Shown: positions 36,399 through 46,544 of the stretch, piece after piece
How the letters are laid out: each line of letters starts with the position of its first letter
How positions within the stretch are numbered: position 1 is the stretch's first letter
Source of the DNA: an uncultured Nitrososphaeraceae archaeon
Lineage (GTDB): Archaea > Thermoproteota > Nitrososphaeria > Nitrososphaerales > Nitrososphaeraceae
DNA: 64,000 bases
Direction of reading: 5' to 3'
Assembly (NCBI GenBank): GCA_963729045.1
Contig: CAVSMN010000020.1
Span: 160,001-224,000 of the forward strand
Translations under genes and position numbers: made by a program
The notes under the pieces: generated by a model
The model's input: the letters and a program-made list of their open reading frames with translations, nothing else
The model's database searches: none
Told to the model about the DNA's origin: nothing

Positions 36399-37256
36399 TC
36401 ATTTTTTAGTATTTTTATTGAGGAATGCACTCATCATTTTCTGTCTATCTTCATGAGCAAAACACAAAGCCCAGCCATAAATTTCCAGCCTCAAACCAGT
36501 ATCAATATCCGCATCCATACCTTTATTAATTAGCATTTTACTGATTTTTACAGCATTAAAGCTATTTTTAGTGATTTCGCTAGCAAAAGTAATACAATGT
36601 TCCAAAAGTTTTTTATTTAGTAATTTTGAGAGTGCAATACTTTTCTCCTTTTCATTATTTTGATCGATAGATGGATCTAAATTACGCTTTTCCTCATCTG
36701 ATAAAGTAATAACTTGGTTAACTAACCCAATAGTGGCAGCTTCTTGTGCGGCAATCATTTTCCCGGTAAAAATCATTTCTTTAGCTTTTGCGGGTCCAAT
36801 TACCCTAAGTAGTCGCTGAGTACCACCCCATCCAGGAGGAATACCAATAGTTACTTCTGGTTGACCAATCTTTGCATTTTCAGATGCGATCCTTATATCA
36901 CAAACTAAAGATAGTTCACATCCACCACCAAGTGCAAAACCATTTATTGCAGCAATTACAGGTTTCTCCATCTTTTCAATTTTATTTAGCACGGATTGCG
37001 CAGATGAGGCATATTTTTCAGCAGTTATGGCGTCAATATTTACCATGTATGAAATGTCAGCACCAGCACAGAAAGAGCGTTCTCCTGCCCCGGTAATTAT
37101 TAGTACTTTGATTCCCTCATCTGCGGAAATTATGTCAATTGCTCTGGCCAGTTCGAATATTACATCAAGATTCATCGCATTCAAAGCTTCAGGTCTATTT
37201 ATCCTCAATATTGCAATTTCATTAAGTAAATCTATTTGAATATATTTCATGGAAGA
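36399..37256 (-). CDS. Enoyl-CoA hydratase; likely 3-hydroxypropionyl-CoA dehydratase/crotonyl-CoA hydratase of the 3HP/4HB cycle
   Basis: NRPEALNA, FCAGADI, ALGGGCE, GQPEVTIGIPPGWGGTQRL. Pathway role is inferred from the lineage; start uncertain. Confidence 0.85.
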   Translation of the reverse strand, partial: SSMKYIQIDLLNEIAILRINRPEALNAMNLDVIFELARAIDIISADEGIKVLIITGAGERSFCAGADISYMVNIDAITAEKYASSAQSVLNKIEKMEKPVIAAINGFALGGGCELSLVCDIRIASENAKIGQPEVTIGIPPGWGGTQRLLRVIGPAKAKEMIFTGKMIAAQEAATIGLVNQVITLSDEEKRNLDPSIDQNNEKEKSIALSKLLNKKLLEHCITFASEITKNSFNAVKISKMLINKGMDADIDTGLRLEIYGWALCFAHEDRQKMMSAFLNKNTKK

Positions 37257-37301
37257 CATAAACAAACTTCAATGGTTCTTTAAAATAAATCTTATCAAAT
37301 T

Positions 37302-37883
37302 TCATTCAATGAAATCTATATCATTGTTTTTATCATCATCTTTTTGCAAAAATTCTCTTCTCGCATTGTTCATGAGTTTAAACAAAGATTCTAGCGATTT
37401 GATATCAACATTGGGACTATTTGGATTTTTCATCTCTCGAAGTTGTTTAGTAAATTTTTTGGCAATATCATATAAATTAATTTTTTCGGCTAGATTAATG
37501 AATTCTTCTTTTTCGAAAGGTTTTGGAAGAACTTCAGGTACACTTTTTAGAGTAGAAACGTATTCGACGAATGCTTTTTTGGGCCAGGCGGATGCGAACA
37601 TTATTCGTTGATCGCCTTTTAATTCCAAAATTTCTTTTGCAATGTGTAAGCCATTTTGGTTGGAAGACATATCTTTTGATGGTAAATCGTAATCAAGGAC
37701 AACTAAATCGAAAATAGTATTATCAGATTCATAATCTTCGTCACCTTGTTGAATCGACTTTTCGTATGCGGATATCCCATCTTCATAGTTTTTTGCAATA
37801 ATGTATTCATGTCGGTTTTCTTCTAACCATATAGAATACAATTGACAAATATCATCATCATCCTCAATGATTAGAACATTCAT
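37302..37883 (-). CDS. Response regulator (REC plus short C-terminal extension)
   Basis: LIIEDD, VVLDYDLP, FASA, LPKPF. Confidence 0.88.
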   Translation of the reverse strand: MNVLIIEDDDDICQLYSIWLEENRHEYIIAKNYEDGISAYEKSIQQGDEDYESDNTIFDLVVLDYDLPSKDMSSNQNGLHIAKEILELKGDQRIMFASAWPKKAFVEYVSTLKSVPEVLPKPFEKEEFINLAEKINLYDIAKKFTKQLREMKNPNSPNVDIKSLESLFKLMNNARREFLQKDDDKNNDIDFIE

Positions 37884-37940
37884 GTTAACCCAGTTAAAGC
37901 AAACGAATAATAAAATTTTACTATGATGTGATTAATATTT

Positions 37941-39473
37941 TTAATTCACGTGCTCATTTCGTAGAATTTTTACAATTGCATTGAGAGAAAGCGGTTTATA
38001 AATAAAGTGATCATACATCATATTATTATTCAAAAATTCCATAGCTTCCTTATTTATTTTATTAGAGGACATAAAATAACCCTTAATTTTCTTATCTCTT
38101 TTTTTTAGATCATCATATAGGTCAAAGCCGTCTAGCCCTTTGACATTAATACCTAAGAAAACCAGTGAATATTTTCCTGGAACAAATTTTTCTATCGCAT
38201 TATAAGGATCTTCAAAATAATCAATATCGTATCCCAAACTTACGATTGATTCTTTGACCGTTTCCAGGTTTTCTGAAAAATCGTCAATAATTAAGAGTTT
38301 AAGACCATCGGTAGATTTATTGTCGTCAGCTTGACTAAGCACATTTGTCCCTTTCAGTGGGATTTTAATAAGAAATTTCGCTCCGATGTCGTCTATCCTA
38401 TTTCCAACAACAACATTCCCCCCATGGATTTCCACAATCTTTTTTGAAATGAACAATCCAAGTCCGGCCCCTCCAGAATTTGGATAGAATTTAGTAAAGA
38501 TTCTTTCTGGATCATCGTCTGGAATACCAGGTCCTTCATCTTCTATTAATACATTAGCATAGAAATCATCATCATCCTCAAAGACACTGATAATAATCTT
38601 ATTCCCTTCATTCTTTTTTGTAAAAAAATAAGAATTATTTAGAATGTTTTCAAATGCTTGTTTAATGTATTCCTTATCAGCCTCTATAAACACATTAGGA
38701 CGTCCTTGAAAAAGTATCCGAATGCCTGAAGAGTCTTTGTTTGAAAATTGATTATAATCTCTAGCAATAATCTCCAAAAGTTCGCATAGATCAAAAATTT
38801 CGAAATCTAATTTCAGCGGATTTGCTTCAATTTTAGAAATATCCAAAATATCATTTGCAATATTTTTCAGTTTTTCAGCATTCTTTATAATAATATTGAG
38901 ATAATCCAACATATCAGGATCTTCAATTTTTGATTTTAATGTTTTAGAAAATCCTATGATGGGTAATATAGGATTTCTTAATTGATGGGAAGCAATATCA
39001 ACAAAATCCTGTTGAAAAATATTACGTTTTTCGAGGATGATATTTTTATCAATAGTGCTCCAGATATTGACAAAAAGGGTATAGAAAAAAGTAACAATAT
39101 CACCAGTAAGCGAATCGGATAACTTACAGGTAAACATTCGCTTATCAGTGTTGTAATCTATTTTAAAAAAAGCAACTTGATTTTGATTAATAATAATTGT
39201 AATCATGTGTTCGGTGGGTTCAGTCGATATTAAGATATTTTTTACTTGTACATTCTTGAAAGGCTTGAAAAAATCCACTATCGAATCATATTGATCGTTG
39301 TCCATACATGAAATCAACAGTCGTATGACAGGTGAATTCGCATCACCTTTTGCTTTTAAAAAATCGTAGAATGAATTCTTTTTTAAAAAAAGAAATGAAT
39401 AATAAGAATTTAAAAAAATATCAACATGTTGTTGACCAGACCCTTCGAATACCTTATCTAAGTTGAAATCCAA
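37941..39473 (-). CDS. Cytoplasmic hybrid histidine kinase with a C-terminal pseudo-receiver domain
   Basis: H-box ASHQLRNP, DEGPGI, GAGLGL; C-terminal REC-like LIIDD..FLGINV..YKP. Confidence 0.88.
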   Translation of the reverse strand: MDFNLDKVFEGSGQQHVDIFLNSYYSFLFLKKNSFYDFLKAKGDANSPVIRLLISCMDNDQYDSIVDFFKPFKNVQVKNILISTEPTEHMITIIINQNQVAFFKIDYNTDKRMFTCKLSDSLTGDIVTFFYTLFVNIWSTIDKNIILEKRNIFQQDFVDIASHQLRNPILPIIGFSKTLKSKIEDPDMLDYLNIIIKNAEKLKNIANDILDISKIEANPLKLDFEIFDLCELLEIIARDYNQFSNKDSSGIRILFQGRPNVFIEADKEYIKQAFENILNNSYFFTKKNEGNKIIISVFEDDDDFYANVLIEDEGPGIPDDDPERIFTKFYPNSGGAGLGLFISKKIVEIHGGNVVVGNRIDDIGAKFLIKIPLKGTNVLSQADDNKSTDGLKLLIIDDFSENLETVKESIVSLGYDIDYFEDPYNAIEKFVPGKYSLVFLGINVKGLDGFDLYDDLKKRDKKIKGYFMSSNKINKEAMEFLNNNMMYDHFIYKPLSLNAIVKILRNEHVN

Positions 39474-39495
39474 TGTATTTTGAGGTTATTTTTGT

Positions 39496-39918
39496 CTACT
39501 TTATTATTTTCTTTTTTGTGTCAAAAACATCATCCAACATTACTTCTAGATCATCTTCAAACTTCTTCAATATTCTTCTTAAACTCTGTTCTAATTCCTT
39601 TACACGTTTTTCCGTTTCGAGTTTAAATATTTCTCTAGAGATGGCAGAATATACATGGAAATGTCCTCCTTCTTTCAAAGTTCTGCTTTCTTTTACACAT
39701 ATTCCCAATCCTGTTAACTTTTGTAAAGATCTAAATACCGTACTCTTGTCACGATTTACAGCTTTAGACAAATCTTCTAAAGTCATTTGTTTATTATTAT
39801 GTGCTATTAAGGTAAGCAATAAATCCATATCTAGTGGTGACAAATCATAGATATAAATAAAAAGATCCTTTAAGGTTGCACTCATACGAGTAATTGCATT
39901 AATTGATGACGACGGCAT
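39496..39918 (-). CDS. HTH transcriptional regulator (TrmB-like/COG3355 type)
   Basis: MTLEDLSKAVNRDKSTVFRSLQKL..GG.FHVY. Confidence 0.85.
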   Translation of the reverse strand: MPSSSINAITRMSATLKDLFIYIYDLSPLDMDLLLTLIAHNNKQMTLEDLSKAVNRDKSTVFRSLQKLTGLGICVKESRTLKEGGHFHVYSAISREIFKLETEKRVKELEQSLRRILKKFEDDLEVMLDDVFDTKKKIIK

Positions 39919-40066
39919 TTTACATATATTACTACACTTTCAAGCTATTTAAAATTATCTACAAAAACATCTATAAGAATCAATTTAAAGTTGCGAAACG
40001 GAAGATCTAAAAATCTAAAAAAATTATTAAATATAAAAAATTAACTTTTCAAATGAAGATTGGTTT

Positions 40067-41776
40067 TTATGCACCGGCCATTCCATTTCGGAGCTCAACT
40101 CCTCGGTGTTCCTCATTTGATTCTGCTTCTGCAGCTGCTTTATGCATCTCAGACATTGCACATCCCATTTGAGCCTCTGGTTTGCCCTTTCTCATTATAC
40201 CACGATACAACCCGGCTTCTAATGTCTGTCCGTGCTCTTTTTCCCAATCTTCAACTGGTACACTGTATTTCTTCTGTATCCTATCTCGGTACCATTCAGG
40301 TATTACATTAAATGCACAGAATGGTACTATACGCAAATCAGGAGTCAAATAGTGAATGTCACATCTCTGTAATCTTTCTAGATCCTCATTATACTTATCT
40401 TGGAAATGCATCATTCCTAAGAATAATGATCTTACATGCCATGAACCTACAGAATCAAAATTCTGTTTGAGAAGAATACTTGAAAACATTCGTCCCAAAT
40501 CAAGTCCGTAGGGTTGTTTACTGCGATCTACAAACTGGTTAAGCTTTCGTATCACTTCCAACATAGTCCAATACCTATTCGATCCTGATTTAATCTCTTC
40601 AGTTTTTTCTTCGAAATACTCCAAGAGACCTTTTATGTCAACAAAGGAGGTTAAAGGTGTCAGTTTCTTTGTTTGAACATCTTCAAAAACGTATGTTCCA
40701 GCACCACATGCAAAGTGGATGGATAATTCATACTTTGGTTTCTTGCTAAATGCCTCTATCACATTTGTTAAAGGCATACATGATGGAACTGGAAACCAGC
40801 CATCTTTTGATATTTCACCGTTAGTTTGTTCTTCAATTCGTTCAATGCAATCAGGTATTGTAATTCTATACTTTTCTCGTTCTTTTTTACTCATTCTACC
40901 GGTCAGTGAAACAGGCTGGAAATTTACAGCATGTACTACATCCATATTTTTTTGAGCAAATCGTATTATGCCACCTAACTCATGATCATTAATAGATTTT
41001 ATTACAGTTGGAACAAAAACAACAGTCATTCCACATTTCCTTGCTGATTCTAGTGTGTATGGAACTTCCCAGTGGTTTTTGGGGTTTGTTCTAGCCGTCA
41101 CTCCATCGAATGACAAATAGAGATTACTAACACCTGACATTCTAATTTGTCTCATTGTTTCTGGTGAAAGTGCCAGTTTAATGCCATTAGTGTTGAGTTG
41201 TACATGATCTACACCCTCTTCTTTCATTATTTTGATTAGTTCTGTTATGTCGTCTCTTAACATTGGCTCACCACCTGTAATTTGAATAGAATTGCCTGCT
41301 ATAGGCTTCTCAGCCTTTAAGGTTTTCATCATCGCACGTACTTGTTCATGTGAAGGTTCGTACAGATAAGCACCCTCTAATCCCTTTTTAACATAAAAGA
41401 AGCAATACCAGCAGGTAAGATCACACCTGTTAGTGACTATAATATTTGCTAACCCAGAATGTGAAAGATGGTTAGTACATAAACCACAATTAGTAGGACA
41501 GGCGCATTTATCAACCATCACATTTGGAGCTTGTGCACCTTTTCCATCCATCCAATAGGTACTGAATTTCTTGTACATTTCATATGAGCCAAAGTATAAT
41601 TCCTCACATTCACCATGGCTAGGACAAGTTTTTGTCATGAAAACTTTGCCTTCTCTTTCAAAGACCTCAGCGTCTAGAATCATATTGCAATCTGGGCAGA
41701 TACTTTGAGTATACCTAATGGTGCGTTTAGAACCAATAGTTTTACTAGTTAAATTGGAAATTTGTATTAGATCCAT
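40067..41776 (-). CDS. tes: Tetraether lipid (GDGT) synthase, radical SAM
   Basis: TQSICPDC..KTCPSHG, CPTNCGLCTNH, TNRCDLTCWYCF, HFACG, RCDIHY..PFCAFN; matches the Tes/MJ0619 family. Confidence 0.88.
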   Translation of the reverse strand: MDLIQISNLTSKTIGSKRTIRYTQSICPDCNMILDAEVFEREGKVFMTKTCPSHGECEELYFGSYEMYKKFSTYWMDGKGAQAPNVMVDKCACPTNCGLCTNHLSHSGLANIIVTNRCDLTCWYCFFYVKKGLEGAYLYEPSHEQVRAMMKTLKAEKPIAGNSIQITGGEPMLRDDITELIKIMKEEGVDHVQLNTNGIKLALSPETMRQIRMSGVSNLYLSFDGVTARTNPKNHWEVPYTLESARKCGMTVVFVPTVIKSINDHELGGIIRFAQKNMDVVHAVNFQPVSLTGRMSKKEREKYRITIPDCIERIEEQTNGEISKDGWFPVPSCMPLTNVIEAFSKKPKYELSIHFACGAGTYVFEDVQTKKLTPLTSFVDIKGLLEYFEEKTEEIKSGSNRYWTMLEVIRKLNQFVDRSKQPYGLDLGRMFSSILLKQNFDSVGSWHVRSLFLGMMHFQDKYNEDLERLQRCDIHYLTPDLRIVPFCAFNVIPEWYRDRIQKKYSVPVEDWEKEHGQTLEAGLYRGIMRKGKPEAQMGCAMSEMHKAAAEAESNEEHRGVELRNGMAGA

Positions 41777-41907
41777 AATGTTGACCTTTAATACTGCACT
41801 TGATTAACTTTATAAAGATGATCTGACAAATCCTACGGTGTTTAGTTAGTAAAGTACAGTATAGATGAAAGATTTAATATCCAAGTTTCAACTAGTCACA
41901 TAAAACT

Positions 41908-42681
41908 ATGGAAATTAGCGACAAGGCCAAGAAATCTATGGAAAGCCTTGGATTAACAAATTACGAAATTCGAGTATATACTTCGTTGTTGTTTGCCAGT
42001 TCAAATACGGCATCAGAAATCAGTAAGAAATCAGGAGTACCATATTCAAAAATCTATGATGTTCTAAATAGTCTGTATGTAAGAGGATGGATATATTCGG
42101 ATAACCAAAGGCCACAGAATTTTTTTCCTAAATCACCATCAAATGCAGTGGAAGCCATGATGATAGAAATGGAGAACAATTTAAGGAGTAATAAAAATGT
42201 CATTATCAATGAATTAATGCCGATCTACGAAAAAACTGGACTAAAAGAGAAACCAGATATCTGGGTGGTAAGTGGATTATACAACATAGCAATAAAAGTT
42301 ACTGAAATAATCCAATCGACAAAGGAAGAACTTTTAATAGCCATCCCCAAAATTCCAGAGAATGTCGTAAAATCGATCCAACCAGTACTTCGAGAACTCT
42401 TCGAAAAAGGAGTAAAAATTATTATTTTGGCGTCCGATGAAACTAATAGTGAAACCGTAAAAGCAATGTCTAGAGTAGCTGAAGTGAGGCTCAAGAATGA
42501 TATGTTTGGTGGCGGAGTCATAGGAGATTCCAGACATGTATTAATTCTACTTGGAGAAGGAAAAAATGATCCAACGACAACCTCCAGCTATGACACTATA
42601 GCCATATGGGCAGAGCATACAGGATTGGCCAGTTTTGCTAAAGACTATTTTCATTATTTGTGGCAAGATGCAAAAGGATAG
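41908..42681 (+). CDS. TrmB-family transcriptional regulator
   Basis: LGLTNYEIRVY..ASEISKKSGVPYSKIYDVL plus a TrmB effector-like domain. Confidence 0.9.
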   Translation: MEISDKAKKSMESLGLTNYEIRVYTSLLFASSNTASEISKKSGVPYSKIYDVLNSLYVRGWIYSDNQRPQNFFPKSPSNAVEAMMIEMENNLRSNKNVIINELMPIYEKTGLKEKPDIWVVSGLYNIAIKVTEIIQSTKEELLIAIPKIPENVVKSIQPVLRELFEKGVKIIILASDETNSETVKAMSRVAEVRLKNDMFGGGVIGDSRHVLILLGEGKNDPTTTSSYDTIAIWAEHTGLASFAKDYFHYLWQDAKG

Positions 42682-42694
42682 GTTGGACAGCTAA

Positions 42695-42704
42695 AGCCTT
42701 ATAA
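42695..42704 (+). promoter_or_regulatory. Putative BRE/TATA box for the C/D sRNA
   Basis: TTATAA at 42699-42704 with a purine-rich run upstream, about 22 nt before the sRNA stem. Confidence 0.5.
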
Positions 42705-42725
42705 CAGAATAGTTTAGAAATAGTA

Positions 42726-42793
42726 AGGACAAACAATGATGTGAAAAGCCCTACTGAGTAGATGAAGTAGATCTTGAGTAAAGAGTTTGTCCT
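42726..42793 (+). ncRNA. Box C/D sRNA (predicted 2'-O-methylation guide)
   Basis: 9-bp terminal stem AGGACAAAC/GTTTGTCCT; C ATGATGT, D' CTGA, C' ATGAAGT, degenerate D AAGA; 11-12 nt guides. Confidence 0.72.
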
Positions 42794-42887
42794 ATTTAAT
42801 TTGTGATTGTTTGTAAAAATTTGAATTTAGATTTAGATTTCAAATACATATATTCATTGTATTAATAACACATAGTGTAGAGTAGTA

Positions 42888-43295
42888 GTGGTTCACATAG
42901 AAACTACGTCATCATTGGAAAGTTTTAGAAAATTTATGATTTTCAGCACTTGTAAATCATTCATTCCTAGTAATTATAATAGAGATCCAGACATGTTTCC
43001 CGAAAGAGATACCGGACCAGGCGATATTTATATTGAAGCAGTAGATAAACTCATGGTAAAAAAATTAAGAGAAATTACATTTGTAAATGCAAAAGAAATA
43101 TTTGGAATAATCTATTCATCGAAAACTGGAAATATCATTTTGAAATGGAGACAGTTAAAGAACAAGAATGGAAAAGTTATAGGCGAAGCATCACCTGGCG
43201 GATTAGCCAATTTGGTGGAATCAGGAGTTTTAACCAAACACTGGTTTGAACACTATTTGAAGTCTCAAAAACAAGATGAAGAATTGGTTAAATAG
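42888..43295 (+). CDS. Conserved hypothetical protein
   Basis: 135-aa ORF immediately upstream of pelota. Confidence 0.75.
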   Translation: MVHIETTSSLESFRKFMIFSTCKSFIPSNYNRDPDMFPERDTGPGDIYIEAVDKLMVKKLREITFVNAKEIFGIIYSSKTGNIILKWRQLKNKNGKVIGEASPGGLANLVESGVLTKHWFEHYLKSQKQDEELVK

Positions 43296-43309
43296 GATAC
43301 AAATAAAAA

Positions 43310-44383
43310 ATGAAATTCACTAAAGTAAAGGATTCAGAAAACAAAATAGTCTTAACCTTAGAAGAACCAGATGATCTTTTTAGTCTAAGAAGAGTAATAG
43401 ACATAGGAGACAGCATTATTGCCGATACTACTAGGGTAATCAAACAGGATAATGAATACGCTAGACCAGACAGAGGAGAAAGAATTAAAATCAGGATAAT
43501 TTTAAGAATAGAAAAAATTAGTTTTGATGATGCAATAGACAGATTGAAGATATCAGGAGTAATAATTACTTCAAACAATGAAAACATACCTAAGGGTCTG
43601 CACCATTCTATTAACGTAAAAATCAATGATACGATCATCCTAGAAAAATCAAATTGGAATGAAAACTATATAAAAATACTATCAAAGTCGGCTCTTGAAT
43701 TTAAATATTTATTTATCTCAATAGACTCACAAGAGACAGCTATTGCAAAATTAACTGGAACAAATTTGAAAATAACTCCTAACATACATTCCGGAAAGAG
43801 TGGCAAAAGATACGTTACTGATCAAAGAAATGAATCAAGCAATAAGATCTATTTTGAGAATATAAGAACTGCCTTAGATATTTATTTAGAAGAACAAGGA
43901 ATCAAAATAGTAATATTTGGTCCCGGAGAGACAAAGAGAAGATTCCTTAATCATCTAAGGGAAAAAAACGAAGCCTATCAAGACAAAGATTTTGTAATTG
44001 CGGACGGTATTGAAACGGCTGGTGAAGACGGGATTTATGTATTTTTGAGATCAGAAGCCATGAAGGATCTTATGTCCAGTAGCAAAATTGCCATGGTTTC
44101 GACGATTCTGGATAGAGTGATGCAACAAATAAACAACGGAGAAAAAAAATATGCAATGGGAATAGAAGAGACAAAATACGCTAATTCATTAAATGCCATT
44201 GATTCGCTGGTTTATTCTGACAAGGTTTTTTCAGAAATAAAAGAAGACGAGTTCATAAAACTACTAAACAATATGGAATATAATAATGTAAAAATTTATG
44301 CAACTGATTCAACTACCGATATTGGATTAAGGGTGTCATCACTAGGTGGAATAATTGCATTATTGCGATATCGAATAAATTGA
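43310..44383 (+). CDS. pelA: mRNA surveillance protein Pelota/Dom34
   Basis: EEPDDLFSLRRVI..GD, GLHHSI, SGKRY, GPGETK, LGGIIALLRY. Confidence 0.92.
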   Translation: MKFTKVKDSENKIVLTLEEPDDLFSLRRVIDIGDSIIADTTRVIKQDNEYARPDRGERIKIRIILRIEKISFDDAIDRLKISGVIITSNNENIPKGLHHSINVKINDTIILEKSNWNENYIKILSKSALEFKYLFISIDSQETAIAKLTGTNLKITPNIHSGKSGKRYVTDQRNESSNKIYFENIRTALDIYLEEQGIKIVIFGPGETKRRFLNHLREKNEAYQDKDFVIADGIETAGEDGIYVFLRSEAMKDLMSSSKIAMVSTILDRVMQQINNGEKKYAMGIEETKYANSLNAIDSLVYSDKVFSEIKEDEFIKLLNNMEYNNVKIYATDSTTDIGLRVSSLGGIIALLRYRIN

Positions 44384-44547
44384 AGTTTGATTTGGATTCA
44401 CATAACACAATGACGTATTATGAACCAATTCAAAAAAAGACTTTCAATATGCATATATTTTATTTAAAGTGCACACAATAACAATTTATTCATTAGATTT
44501 TGAATGCTGAGACGTAGAAAAATTCAATAGCATAGTATCAATCCAAA

Positions 44548-44908
44548 TTAGAAATTAGGATTACCCTTGCGTGTATTGTTAATAATCCATGAAAGATATT
44601 CCAATGAAACATCATCCATCTTAATAATGACAATTTCAGGTACTTTATATGGATGATGGGCTAGAATTTCAGCCTTCAATGCTTGGATACAACTCGAGGT
44701 AGGTCTTAAAAAAAGCGATAATTTCTTCTTCTTGTTTTAATTCAGATTCCCAAACATACAAAGAATTTATTCTTGTATAATTTACGCACGCACATAATTT
44801 CTTCTCCACCACAAGTGTTTTAGATAGATTGATTAAAGATTGTTCATCGGTGAAGGTAGATATCAGAATCATACCATTACAACTAGACCGTTCATCTTGC
44901 ATTTGCAT
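44548..44908 (-). pseudogene. cutA: Divalent-cation tolerance protein CutA, frameshifted near 44701-44705
   Basis: LVVEKKLCACVN..SLYVWE..EE...FKT continues in another frame as ALKAEILAHHPYKVPEIV..YLSWI. Confidence 0.85.
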
Positions 44909-45102
44909 TCATTTATTTGATATAATAAATTCTATTTATTGGTATACAATATGGGCCCATTCATATGGAACCAGTTATTTGGGTAGACACCATTCCTTGA
45001 ACAGCAAAAGGTTATGCAGTAAACTTATTTTGAAATTTATGAGAAGGACCAAGAATGCAAATATAAATAAGGACACTCTAATCTAATTTTTACAATCAAT
45101 TC

Positions 45103-46544
45103 ATGAAAATAGATAATATAAGGAACATATAAGAAAACGCTCACATAATTCAAAATGAGGAAACATATTACCAATTTGCAGGTCTAAAGTATAATCCCGC
45201 CATAATTCAAGAAATATCAAAATTGAAGATTCAAGGTTGTCGGTTATTTTTGAAATCGTTTGATACCCTAGAGAATTGTTTTTGTCATCCTTAGAAAGTC
45301 TTGCAGAAGATAAAACTAAAAGTTTAGAGCGTGAATTACATGAGATCAGAAATAAGAAATTGGTGGACAAGAGATACAGGATTGAAGATAACTATGTAAA
45401 CTGGAGCAACTGGAGACAATTTAACGCGATAGAAACAAATCATAATTATAGAAAGAATGTTTTTGATTGTTTTATTGAGAAAACAGAATTGATAAAACCA
45501 GTTATAGAAAAGAGGTTCAACAAAATTAGGAATATTTACGAATATGAGGGAGGAATGAATCCTCTGCATGGGTATTTAGAAAGTGAAGGAGTATCATATG
45601 ATAAGTTAAAAGAATTTGTAGAGAATTTAGCAAATTCAACAAGCAAACTATTCAGCGAAAGACTAGTTACTCTATCTAATAAAATTTTTGATAGAAATCC
45701 AGAGTATTATGATGATTTTTACTATTTTAGAAACAGAGTTTTTAAAGATATCTCAGATGAATTTGCTAAAGTAAATCCTATTTCAACTGTTATCAAGACT
45801 CTAAGGGATTTAAAAATGAATGTAAAAAAAATATCCTTTGATTCAGAGGATAGAAAAAATAAATATCCATCCCCCATCTGCTTTTTTATACACATTCCTT
45901 CAGATATAAGAATTCTTTATAGAGAAGAAAGTCCATATTTTGATTTTCAAGGATGCTTTCATGAATCAGGACACGCGATGCATGCCACCTCAATTAATCC
46001 CAGTTTAGAATATGAAAAAAAATACCACATCCCAATGGGAATTAACGAAATCTTCTCAATCTTTTTGGAAAGACTAACGAGAAATAAGAAATATTTAGAA
46101 AAACAATTAAAGATATCAAATAGAGGAAAGCTGGATAAAATAATTGAACTAAATAATTTTATGGAATTATTTTTCGTGACTTTCTATTCTGCAAACTCTT
46201 TAACAAAAATGGATTTTTGGGTGAATAAACGGTCCATCGAAAATACAAATAAAATTTACTCATCGATGATGAAAAAATATACAAATATAGAAATGCCAGG
46301 GCAGTACTGGATGCTTCACCACATAATGCCAGAATCAATAATGTACGTACCAAGTTATTTATTAGCTGCTGTAAGAGCTGCAGAGTTAGAAAAAAAAATT
46401 GAAGAATTATACGGGGAAAATTGGTGGGAATCAGAAGAAGCCGGAAAATATTTAAAAAGCATGATGAAAGATGGTGCAAATATTAATTTTCAAGAATTTT
46501 CTAAGCTAGATTCAAGAGTGTTCTTAAAAGAGATCACTGGGTAG
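45103..46544 (+). CDS. M3/M32-like zinc metallopeptidase; 5' part disrupted (TAA at 45130-45132, frameshift near 45266-45268), intact ORF 45276-46544
   Basis: FHESGHAMH (HExxH) plus downstream NEIFS, and YVPSY. An upstream protein-like frame MKIDNIRNI*ENAH..QFAGLKYN.. joins it by adding one base. Confidence 0.75.
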
